Made by a program: the position numbers and the translations under genes
In this document: one piece after another, positions 18,234 to 26,752 of the stretch
Layout: the number at the start of each line of letters is the position of its first letter
Numbering within the stretch: the stretch's first letter is position 1
NCBI GenBank assembly: GCA_016841745.1
Contig: JAENYO010000004.1
Coordinates: 82,026 to 146,025 of the forward strand
Direction: 5' to 3'
DNA: 64,000 nucleotides
Source of the DNA: Acetomicrobium hydrogeniformans
GTDB taxonomy: Bacteria; Synergistota; Synergistia; Synergistales; JAFGMB01
The notes under the pieces: generated by a model
Told to the model about the DNA's origin: nothing
Database searches by the model: none
Seen by the model: the letters and a program-made list of their open reading frames with translations, nothing else

Positions 18234-19988
18234 ATGCTCCCTATTCAGAATATCTATACTTTTAGCTGTGATAGAAATAAATTTATTCTGGAGGGACACA
18301 TGGAATCTGATATTAAGTTTTCCGTAAACGAAGTGGAGAAACAGGAAGGTAATATTTCCGTTACTCAACGTTTACTTATAGAGACTCTTCTAAATAACCT
18401 GCATGATGGTGTGAGGGTAATGGATCGAGAACTCAACGTTATCAGGGTAAACCAGGTGTCCATGAAAAAACACGGTTTATCTGAAGTTCCCGAGAAAGAA
18501 AAATGTTACAGGATCTTCAAAGGCAGAAGTGGTCCTTGTCAGGGATGTCCCTGTATTGTCAGTCTGGAGAAGGGGATCATGGAGAGAAGTATCATGGAGT
18601 GTAACAGTGTAAATGGTCCTACGCTGAATGAAGTTTCTTCTTTTCCAATTGTGGAAGAAGATGGCTCCATATGGGGCGTCATTGAAATTGCAAAGGACAT
18701 TACCGAACAGAAAACACTCCAGGACAAGCTCAAAAAGGAAAAGGAAAAATACAAGGAGCTTTTTGATAACAGCGATAATGCCATTTTCATCCAGATCCTG
18801 AAAGAGGGAAATCTTTCAGAGGAGCTCATGGAAGTGAACAGAATGGCCTGTGAACGTTATGGATACACAAGGGATGAGTTCCTGGCTATGTCGGCTATGG
18901 ACATAGCCATCCCTGAATACCACCCGCTGTTAAAGGAGATGCTAAGTAAAGTCTGGTCAGGTCAGAAGGTAGTGGAACAGCTCTATCACAGGAAACGAAA
19001 CGGTGAGGTTTTTCCTGTGGAGGTTGAAATAAGACCTTATGACCTGGAGGGCAGTGCCGGGATCATCTTCTTTGCCAGGGATATTTCAGGTAAATTTGAG
19101 ACGCGGGATGCTCTCGAGAGCATGGAGAGGCTTTATGCGAATCTTTTTCGGAATAATCACGCTGTAATGCTTGTTATCGATCCTGAAAAGGGAGATCTTA
19201 AAGATGCGAATCCAGCGGCCTGCCGTTACTACGGCTATTCACGGAAAGAAATGCTCCGGTTGAAAGGATGGGATCTCAATGCCCTTTCCGAAAAGGATCA
19301 GCAGGAGGCTATGAGCAAGGCCAAGTCTGGAGAGCAGGAGTTCTTTCAGTTCAAGCACAGGCTGAGCAATGGAGAAACAAGGGATGTTGAGGTCTATACA
19401 GGGCCCATAGAAATGGATGGGAAAAAATACCTTTATTCCATAGTTCATGATATTACAGAAAGAATACTGGCTGAAGAAGCTGCCCACAGGCTCACTACGG
19501 AACTTCTCAAGGCTTCCAGAAAGGATAAACTTACGGGTATTTTCAACAGGGCCTATTTTGAAGAAACCCTTATGCGGGAGATAGATAAGGCCAGGAGATA
19601 CCAGACATGTCTTTCCCTCATAATGTTCGATCTCGACAATTACAAGGAGATAAATGATTCCCTGGGTCACATGGCAGGAGATATGGTCCTTAAAAGGGTT
19701 GCCGAGTCAGTAAATACAAATGTTCGAAAGTCGGATTACCTTGTCAGGTGGGGAGGGGACGAATTCATGATCCTTACTCCCATGAGGCTGCCCAGTGCCT
19801 TGAAACTTGCCGAGAAACTCAGGGGCGTAATTGAAAAACTGGATTGTGGAGTGACTGCCAGTTTCGGAACGGCGGAATTCAGTCGGGAAGATACCATAGA
19901 TCAGCTAACCAGAAGGGTCGACAGAGCCCTTTACCAGGCCAAGGCAAAGGGAAAAAATACTATATCAACCTATGAAGAACCTCTCTGA
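18234..19988 (+). CDS. Cytoplasmic multi-PAS diguanylate cyclase (GGDEF)
   Basis: 584 aa. It carries RKSDYLVRWGGDEF. The C-terminal PAS-GGDEF half is paralogous to the preceding gene. An alternative start is ATG 18300, behind GGAGGG. Confidence 0.85.
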   Translation: MLPIQNIYTFSCDRNKFILEGHMESDIKFSVNEVEKQEGNISVTQRLLIETLLNNLHDGVRVMDRELNVIRVNQVSMKKHGLSEVPEKEKCYRIFKGRSGPCQGCPCIVSLEKGIMERSIMECNSVNGPTLNEVSSFPIVEEDGSIWGVIEIAKDITEQKTLQDKLKKEKEKYKELFDNSDNAIFIQILKEGNLSEELMEVNRMACERYGYTRDEFLAMSAMDIAIPEYHPLLKEMLSKVWSGQKVVEQLYHRKRNGEVFPVEVEIRPYDLEGSAGIIFFARDISGKFETRDALESMERLYANLFRNNHAVMLVIDPEKGDLKDANPAACRYYGYSRKEMLRLKGWDLNALSEKDQQEAMSKAKSGEQEFFQFKHRLSNGETRDVEVYTGPIEMDGKKYLYSIVHDITERILAEEAAHRLTTELLKASRKDKLTGIFNRAYFEETLMREIDKARRYQTCLSLIMFDLDNYKEINDSLGHMAGDMVLKRVAESVNTNVRKSDYLVRWGGDEFMILTPMRLPSALKLAEKLRGVIEKLDCGVTASFGTAEFSREDTIDQLTRRVDRALYQAKAKGKNTISTYEEPL

Positions 19989-20014
19989 TCCACGGGAATT
20001 CATACTCCTGTTTG

Positions 20015-21229
20015 TCATGCGAGACTGCCTGCAAAGTTCATCCATTTCTTGAGGGATTTAGTCACCAGGAAGTTTTCCCGGACATGCTGATAGGCTCTTT
20101 CTCCCATCTGACACCTTGTATCTACACATGATAGAAGGGTGCATATATGCTGGGCTGCTTCAACGTAGGACTTGACTCTGTAACCGTTATACTCGTGATC
20201 TATCTGAAGGCGGATCCCTCCAGTATCTCCACCGATGACGGGTTTTCTCTTCCACAATGCCTCTGACACTGTCAGGCCGAAGCCTTCCCGGAGAGATTTC
20301 TGCAGGACCACGGTGGCCGCCCTCTGAAGGGCATTTATGGTCAGGTGTGCATCCGGTGGGAGAAGGAGAATGTGGATGTCTTCATCTCCGCCAGACTCCC
20401 TGTAGACTTCCTCCAGCACCTTCTGACCTTCGGGGTCGTCATCGGCGCCACCTCCAGCCAGAACCAGCTGAACATCGGGGAATTCCTTTTTTACAAGTCT
20501 ATAGGCACGTATAACTCCTATGGGATCTTTGAAGTAGTCGTAACGGGATACCTGCAGCATGACAGGTCTGCAGACGTCTATGTCGAAATCGCGGCAGACC
20601 CTTGCTACAAGCAGGATATCCATCAGAGCGTTTTTAGGGCTCAGTGGATCTATGGAAGGACAGATAATCTTCTGGTGGTGGGGCATGGGTTTCAGGAATT
20701 CTTCCATGGAAAAAACGCTGGCATCGTATCCCTCGACCCATCCGCTTACAAAATCCCACACTTCGGGATGGGGGGTAGCCGCATCAATATGACAACGCCA
20801 GATCCATTTCCCCTTCCGGTTATCACAGAAATGCAGGAGTGATGCCGGCTGAGGATCGTGAATGATAACCAGGTCAGCGTTCTCAAGCTTGTTTTTCAAC
20901 CTCTCTGCATTCTGGCGGCCGGTCTCCTCGAAGTTATTCTTCATAAGAGGTGTGAATTCGACGGGGTTACCCTGAAGGCCGTTATGTATGGTCTTGGTGG
21001 CATGGTAAAATTCCTGGTTCCCTTCCATTACCTCCCAGGAGCATTTCATACCAAGTTCATTCATGAGGGGAACAAAACTATTCAGAAGTTCTGCTACACC
21101 TCCGCCCTGTTTTGTTGAATTTACATGGACTATTTCCTTCCCTCTGAAGGGGCTGGCCAGGTCATAGAGTTCCTGGACCTCTTTTTCTCCTACTATTGAC
21201 CCGTACCTGGAAAGAAGATGGGACTGCAT
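20015..21229 (-). CDS. GT4 glycosyltransferase, TreT-like (trehalose glycosyltransferring synthase family)
   Basis: 404 aa. The N-terminus (IVHVNSTKQGGGVAELLNSFVPLMNELGMKCSWEVMEGNQEFYHATKTIHNGLQG) matches the TreT signature as I recall it. The C-terminal half is a GT1/GT4-type domain. Confidence 0.7.
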   Translation of the reverse strand: MQSHLLSRYGSIVGEKEVQELYDLASPFRGKEIVHVNSTKQGGGVAELLNSFVPLMNELGMKCSWEVMEGNQEFYHATKTIHNGLQGNPVEFTPLMKNNFEETGRQNAERLKNKLENADLVIIHDPQPASLLHFCDNRKGKWIWRCHIDAATPHPEVWDFVSGWVEGYDASVFSMEEFLKPMPHHQKIICPSIDPLSPKNALMDILLVARVCRDFDIDVCRPVMLQVSRYDYFKDPIGVIRAYRLVKKEFPDVQLVLAGGGADDDPEGQKVLEEVYRESGGDEDIHILLLPPDAHLTINALQRAATVVLQKSLREGFGLTVSEALWKRKPVIGGDTGGIRLQIDHEYNGYRVKSYVEAAQHICTLLSCVDTRCQMGERAYQHVRENFLVTKSLKKWMNFAGSLA

Positions 21230-21409
21230 CTGATCACGTCCTGTTCAAAATTATTTTTAGATGGATGCGTTGTGAAGATCGTGAGAACAGCAGGTCACGC
21301 TATATGGTCCAATGTTCTGGAACGATACCAGATGTGGGTATCTAACACCCTGGGAGGGTGTCTGTCAATAGGGGTAAATTAACCAGGGAAAGTATTCTGT
21401 CGATTTTTT

Positions 21410-23593
21410 TCAATTGCCTATGATAACAATTCCAAGATGGCCGTCAACTGTAAGCCTTTTTCCCGTCGAGATTATATCCACGGCGCCGGGTATTCCCGTA
21501 ACACAGGGGAGGCCGTATTCCCTTGCGATTATGGCTCCATGAATGAGCATGCCCCCCCTTCTTTCCACTATGGCCGAGGCAAGGGGAACTACGAAGGTCA
21601 TGTTGGGTTCTATGGCATCACAGACAAGTATCTCCCCTTTTTTAAATTCAAAGAGATCCCCATCGTGACGGATCACCCGGGCTGTTCCTGTTGCTATCCC
21701 GGGACTGGCGGGCTGTCCCTTCACCTGTCTTACCCTTATCTCCACGGCAGACGTAATTTCCGGAACCGTATCCTGGCCTGGATCCGGGGAAGGAGGCATG
21801 TAGTCCGGATCATCGAGGGCTCTGGCCACATCTCCTGCTTCCCTGTAAAGATCAGGATCCTTTCGGTTCATCTTCTGAATCCTTCTTTTACCTTCTGAAG
21901 AAGCTCTTTCGACCTCGACCTTAATTCTTGCAAGGTATATGTTGTCGTTATCTCTCAGTTTCCAGCTGGCCCTTCCAAGTTCCAGAAGATCCTGTGCCAG
22001 AAGTCTTTCCTTTCCCTGGAAACTGGCAAGATACCTGTCCTTCATATTCGAGGTCTTTTTTCCCTTCTCCTCATGTGAGGAAGGCGGAGAATCTGCCATC
22101 TCAAGGATGAGCTGAATGATCCTTCCGGATATGAGATCAGGCTCTGATGAGCCCGGTATGGTTTCGTAGGCAGTTACAAATCCCTGGACCTTTGCCAGAA
22201 AGGGGGCCGGGATATCAAGACCCTTACCCAGTTTTTCCCTGAGGGGCCCGTCCCTTCGTATCTCCTCTGCCAGATCTTCCAGAACTGTATTTCGGGCGAT
22301 ACTTGTCATTTCGGTACCTACAAGCAGGTCTACGAACTCGTAGGGGTCCTTAGGGGTCATCCTGTCGTTGTAAAACTGGCCGAAGAGCCTGGCCCCATGA
22401 GCAAAGGGAATGAAATCATCCCAGTAGACCTTTTCCCATTTTTCCAACACTGAAAGACGGTCTGTTATTTCCCGGGACAATTCATTATCTGTAAGGGGGA
22501 TAAGGTCCATTTTCTTGAACTTCAGTGCATCTTCATCCATCGCTGGAAGGAGAGTTGTTTCTATCCTTTCCCGAAGTCCCTTGAGATTATCCAGGCTTCT
22601 GGTGAGGGAAAGATACCAGGATCTCCTGTCTTCTCCAGCCTTGCCTATGGTTGTGACAGGCCTTGACTGAAGAAGGTAGGTCCTGTTTCCTCTTATGGTC
22701 CATTCCATGTCCTGGGGTGCAAGGAAAATATCCTCCACTCTCATTCCCAGTTTTAAAAGTTTTTCTGCTTCCTGGTCGGAAAGGGGGGGTGTCTTCGACC
22801 TCTCGTCATCAAGAGTCATTATCATGGTTCCATCTGTAGAGGGGATGACTATCCTGTCTCTCTGAGATGGAGGTGTATGGGATATGGTTTTGCCTGTTTC
22901 TCTCAGGAAGAACCATCTGTCAGGTTCAACCGTTCCATCCACAAAACCCTGGTTAAGCCCCCATACTGCCTCAAGTATGGAATTATGGCTGTTGTCTGGA
23001 GCTTCGGTAAATGCGACTCCGGACCTCTCTCCTTTTATGATCTCCTGTATAACCACAGCCATAGTGCTTTTATGTACATCAAGGCCGAGTTCCCTGCGGT
23101 AAAGGATGGCCCCGTCGGACCAGAGGGAAGCCCATACCCTCCGTACTGCAGCGATTATGTCCCTCCTGCCCCTGACATTGACTACTGATTCATGTAGACC
23201 TGCAAAGGAAGTGGCTGCAGAGTCTTCAGAGGGGGCGGAAGAACGGACAACAGTTGGAGATGTTCCGAAATAATAAAGGATATTTTTCTCCAGAAGTGAT
23301 GCTATCTCTGGAGGCATTTTCATTCTGAGGAAATGGTTCCTTATCCTCAGAGAAACATCCCAGATCTCCTCCCATCGCATCTCCTCGAAGGACTTTCTGT
23401 TAAGTTCCAGCTGGACTATGTCCTCAAGACCTGTCTGATGGATAAAAAGCCTGTAGACTTCAGATGTGATGCATATACCTTCAGGTACATTTATCCCTTC
23501 CTGAAGGAGTCTTGATAAAGCCCATGCCTTGCCGCCAGCCAGGGGACGATCTCCCGCTGTTATCTCAGCAAGGGGAATTATCATTTTCATCAT
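21410..23593 (-). CDS. PEP-utilising-enzyme family phosphotransferase: N-terminal PPDK_N ATP-grasp, central helical region, C-terminal swivel phospho-His domain; no PEP/pyruvate TIM barrel
   Basis: 727 aa. The N-terminus reads RPLAGGKAWALSRLLQEGINVPEGICIT. The C-terminus reads GTARVIRHDGDLFEFKKGEILVCD...ERRGGMLIHGAIIAREYGLPCVTG, a swivel-His motif. Confidence 0.8.
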   Translation of the reverse strand: MMKMIIPLAEITAGDRPLAGGKAWALSRLLQEGINVPEGICITSEVYRLFIHQTGLEDIVQLELNRKSFEEMRWEEIWDVSLRIRNHFLRMKMPPEIASLLEKNILYYFGTSPTVVRSSAPSEDSAATSFAGLHESVVNVRGRRDIIAAVRRVWASLWSDGAILYRRELGLDVHKSTMAVVIQEIIKGERSGVAFTEAPDNSHNSILEAVWGLNQGFVDGTVEPDRWFFLRETGKTISHTPPSQRDRIVIPSTDGTMIMTLDDERSKTPPLSDQEAEKLLKLGMRVEDIFLAPQDMEWTIRGNRTYLLQSRPVTTIGKAGEDRRSWYLSLTRSLDNLKGLRERIETTLLPAMDEDALKFKKMDLIPLTDNELSREITDRLSVLEKWEKVYWDDFIPFAHGARLFGQFYNDRMTPKDPYEFVDLLVGTEMTSIARNTVLEDLAEEIRRDGPLREKLGKGLDIPAPFLAKVQGFVTAYETIPGSSEPDLISGRIIQLILEMADSPPSSHEEKGKKTSNMKDRYLASFQGKERLLAQDLLELGRASWKLRDNDNIYLARIKVEVERASSEGKRRIQKMNRKDPDLYREAGDVARALDDPDYMPPSPDPGQDTVPEITSAVEIRVRQVKGQPASPGIATGTARVIRHDGDLFEFKKGEILVCDAIEPNMTFVVPLASAIVERRGGMLIHGAIIAREYGLPCVTGIPGAVDIISTGKRLTVDGHLGIVIIGN

Positions 23594-24047
23594 GAAAGAT
23601 CACTTCCCTGACGTTCTGGAAATGGCTCACAAGGATATACCTGTGTACATGGATCTTTATGGTGGCGGTGGTGGGGGAAGAGAGAAAGTCTTCCAGATAG
23701 GGATGCCTTGCTGTCATAAGGGAAAGGGCCAGATCCTTTTCTTCTTCCCCGAGTTCCTCTGATCTTCCGATGACAGTGACAGCCTTTGCCTGAAAAAGGT
23801 CGTCAACCCTGTTCGTTCTATTATCAACAAGCATGGATACCATGTTGTGGGAACTTATATTGGAATATTTTCTTGTGGCCCTGGTGGTAGCAAAAAATAT
23901 GTGTCTCAGATCATCTGAAAAAGTGTAAGAAACGATATTGGTATAGGGTCCCATTTCTCCTTCGGTTGCCAGTACGGCAAGTTTCTGTCTTTCCAGTAGA
24001 GCCGCTATTTCCTTTATTATGGGTCCGGTCTGACATCCATCTCCCAT
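23565..24047 (-). CDS. Pyridoxamine 5'-phosphate oxidase-like FMN-binding split-barrel protein
   Basis: 160 aa (LAVLATEGEMGPYTNIVSYTFSDDLRHIFFATTRATRKYSNI). Its end overlaps the downstream phosphotransferase start by 29 nt. Confidence 0.7.
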   Translation of the reverse strand: MGDGCQTGPIIKEIAALLERQKLAVLATEGEMGPYTNIVSYTFSDDLRHIFFATTRATRKYSNISSHNMVSMLVDNRTNRVDDLFQAKAVTVIGRSEELGEEEKDLALSLMTARHPYLEDFLSSPTTATIKIHVHRYILVSHFQNVREVIFHDENDNSPC

Positions 24048-24238
24048 GGGATCGCCTCCTTCTGCATCTCTCTTATGAGATCAGCTTACCACATTTACGC
24101 TGATAAGTTAAAATGATAAAAATTAAAGAATATCATAAAAAATAGAAGCTAGAAGGAGTAAATGTGAACTTTAGGAGGTTATCGGTATTTAAAGCAGTGT
24201 CTTTAACCGGGTGTTCTCCAGAGCGATAAGGTAGATAG

Positions 24239-24289
24239 TTGACATGAATAGAAATGGGTCATATCATTCAATTAATTGGTAAGGCCAAT
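24239..24289 (+). promoter_or_regulatory. Candidate promoter (TTGACA-17-TATCAT) and palindromic operator ATTGG-TAAGG-CCAAT upstream of the GntR gene
   Basis: TTGACA is at 24239-24244 and TATCAT at 24262-24267. The palindrome is at 24275-24289, followed by a related GTCCAACAGACCAAT. Confidence 0.4.
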
Positions 24290-24331
24290 AGTCCAACAGA
24301 CCAATAAAGTCTTGCAGACAGGTGTAGAAAA

Positions 24332-25048
24332 ATGCCAATGTTTGAGAGAGTGAATAAAAAGACCATATGCGAACAGGTAATAGACCAGATCAAAAACAGT
24401 ATAACCGCAGGTGATCTGACCCCAGGGGAAAAACTTCCCTCCGAACGGGCCCTTGCAGATTTTTTTTCAGTGAGCAGGGCAACTGTCAGAGAAGCCCTTA
24501 GAGCCCTTCAGTACATGGGGATCCTGGAGATACGAATGAACGACGGTGCATACCTCATGCAAGATATAAACCTCCTTTCGGACCAGGTGAAAACTTCTTA
24601 TCTGTTGAAACAGTTCACCCTCATGGAACTGCTTGAGGCTCGAAAATTTCTCGAAGTTGCCATTGTGTCCCTGGCAGCGGAACGTGCATCGCCGGAACAG
24701 ATCCGATACCTTGAAAAGATCTACAATGAAGAGGTTAAACACCAGGGGGACAGGAAAAAATTCATTAAGGCTGATGTCACTTTTCACATGGCCCTTGCCG
24801 ATGCATGCCAGAACAGTTTTTTTCGAAAAATGATCGAGCCGGTGCGGGAACTGCTGGAAGAATCGAACGAGGGTCAGTACGAAAAGATCAGGCAGATAGA
24901 GATAACCCTGGATTACCATCGGCGGATCCTTGAGGCAGTAAAGAATGGAGACCCTGAAAAGGCATCAGGGATCATGGGAAAACATCTTGAAAATATAGTC
25001 AGGACTACCAGCGAAGTCTACAGAAACAAACTTGCCCGGGAAAGGTAA
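24332..25048 (+). CDS. GntR-family regulator, FadR/FCD subfamily
   Basis: 238 aa with a wHTH (LPSERALADFFSVSRATVREALRALQYMGILE) and a helical FCD effector domain. Confidence 0.85.
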   Translation: MPMFERVNKKTICEQVIDQIKNSITAGDLTPGEKLPSERALADFFSVSRATVREALRALQYMGILEIRMNDGAYLMQDINLLSDQVKTSYLLKQFTLMELLEARKFLEVAIVSLAAERASPEQIRYLEKIYNEEVKHQGDRKKFIKADVTFHMALADACQNSFFRKMIEPVRELLEESNEGQYEKIRQIEITLDYHRRILEAVKNGDPEKASGIMGKHLENIVRTTSEVYRNKLARER

Positions 25049-25098
25049 AACTGCAATATGAGATCATTTTCCCGAGTTCCATATTTTGAAAAGAAGGG

Positions 25099-26589
25099 GT
25101 GAAAATATTGACTGTTTCCTTGATTGACAAAACAAAAGGGTATCTTACCCTGAAGATAATCAAACGGATCGCGGACAGGATCCGAAGAGGAGAATCAGGG
25201 GAAGTGGCGGATCTCTTTGAATCACTGGCAAAGATAGCTCCGGCGAAATATCACAGGGAAAGTTTTAAACTTCTTGCCGGAAAGATCAGAAATGACGATC
25301 CCTTCGCACAGCCCTTCCTCAGAATGATCAGGGAGCTCAGTCCCCATTGTCTGCAGAAGTTTATGCAGAACGTATTTGTGAACTTCATGGTCATGGGAAG
25401 GGGGATCAGGGACAGAAAGTCCCGAGAGCTGGGAGTTCATCTTCCGAACTTTATGGTCATAAGCCCTACCATGAAGTGCAATCTGCACTGTAAGGGCTGT
25501 TATGCTGCCGAATATGACCAGAACCAGGACCTTCCCTATGAGGTCTTCGACAGGCTCCTTGGGGAAGGGAAATCCCTCGGAATGTATTTTTATACTTTAA
25601 GCGGGGGGGAAGTCCTTCTTTACCCACGAATCTTTGAACTCCTGGAGAAACACAATGACTGTTACTTCCAGTTCTATACCAACGGGACCCTTTTGACTGA
25701 GGAGATCGTGGACCGTCTTGCTGAACTGGGCAACGTAGCACCCATGATCTCCATTGAGGGAACTAAGGAACATACAGATTCCAGGAGGGGTCCTGGTGTA
25801 TATGAAAAAATGATAAGTGCCTATTCCCTGATGAAGGAAAGGGGAATGGTCTACGGTTTCAGTACCACCTTTACCAATGCCAATGCCGAATATATCACCA
25901 GTGATGGTTTCATTTCCCGAATGATAGATTTTGGATGCACCTTCGGCTGGATCTTCCAGTACATCCCCATTGGTGCGAAACCTGATCTTTCATACATGGC
26001 ATCTCCTCTCCAGCGTAATCAGCTGAGAGAGAAGGTTGCGGGCTGGAGAGAGAGCAAGGACTATCCCATCCTCTTTGGAGATTTCTGGAATGATGGTCCA
26101 TACGTGGATGGATGCATGGCTGGAGGAAGAAGATACTGGCATGTCATTCACAGCGGAATGGTTGAACCCTGTGTCTTCGTTCCCTTTGCAGTGGATAACG
26201 TAAAGGAAAAGAGTATCGCCGAAATAGCGGCCAGTCCCTTTTTTAAAGCCATTCGTGAATCCCAGCCCTACGATGATGACGATCTTCTCCGTCCATGCAT
26301 GATCATAGATCATCCGGAAGTATTGAGAGACCTTGTCCGAAAATATGGAGCCAGACCCTGTCACCCCGGTCTTGAGGCAATGCTTGAGGGAAAAGTGGCA
26401 GAGGGTCTCGACAGGTATGCTGAGAAACTTAAGGCGATTTACGATCCTGTATGGGATGAAAGCTGGAGAGCCAGGTACTGGAAAAGTCTTGAAAGGGAGG
26501 AAGATTCCTATACCCTTGAAAAGGCGAGAAAACATTTTCCCGCAACATGTGAAGGCTGCAGTCGCCAATGGGCCGGTTGCAATAAATAA
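25099..26589 (+). CDS. Radical SAM enzyme with C-terminal SPASM/twitch-like Cys motifs; function unknown
   Basis: 496 aa. It has the CNLHCKGCYA (CxxxCxxC) motif, YTLSGGEVLL and FYTNGTLL. The later CMAGGRRYWHVIHSGMVEPCVFVPF resembles the CxAG...G.v.PC auxiliary-cluster motif. The tail has extra Cys residues (CEGCSRQWAGC). Confidence 0.8.
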   Translation: MKILTVSLIDKTKGYLTLKIIKRIADRIRRGESGEVADLFESLAKIAPAKYHRESFKLLAGKIRNDDPFAQPFLRMIRELSPHCLQKFMQNVFVNFMVMGRGIRDRKSRELGVHLPNFMVISPTMKCNLHCKGCYAAEYDQNQDLPYEVFDRLLGEGKSLGMYFYTLSGGEVLLYPRIFELLEKHNDCYFQFYTNGTLLTEEIVDRLAELGNVAPMISIEGTKEHTDSRRGPGVYEKMISAYSLMKERGMVYGFSTTFTNANAEYITSDGFISRMIDFGCTFGWIFQYIPIGAKPDLSYMASPLQRNQLREKVAGWRESKDYPILFGDFWNDGPYVDGCMAGGRRYWHVIHSGMVEPCVFVPFAVDNVKEKSIAEIAASPFFKAIRESQPYDDDDLLRPCMIIDHPEVLRDLVRKYGARPCHPGLEAMLEGKVAEGLDRYAEKLKAIYDPVWDESWRARYWKSLEREEDSYTLEKARKHFPATCEGCSRQWAGCNK

Positions 26590-26610
26590 TTCAGTATATG
26601 AAGATAGTCA

Positions 26611-26642
26611 GGGGTATGTCCTCCCGGGGCATACCTTTTTTT
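26611..26642 (+). terminator. Intrinsic terminator after the radical SAM gene
   Basis: GGGGTATG-tcctcccgggg-CATACCtt followed by T7. Confidence 0.6.
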
Positions 26643-26752
26643 AATGGAGAGAATTGTCTGACTGTTGTTATGAAGTGTTTTCTGCTATGCTTTTACAAAT
26701 TTCCAGCATCGTACCAGGAGATAAAACTGCTTTTTACAAGGGAGGTACTTCC

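Noticed and set aside
21343-21360. The hairpin ACACCCT-GGG-AGGGTGT between the phosphotransferase and the TreT-like gene, considered as a terminator.
   Set aside because: No U-tract follows it on the minus (sense) strand. The genes are probably co-transcribed, so at most it is an intercistronic structure.
25990-26568. A 192-aa minus-strand ORF, and similar antisense ORFs such as 6091..6663, 1932..2360, 8175..8594 and 36900..37394.
   Set aside because: Each lies wholly within a gene with clear family motifs on the other strand. None has an RBS or a recognisable domain.
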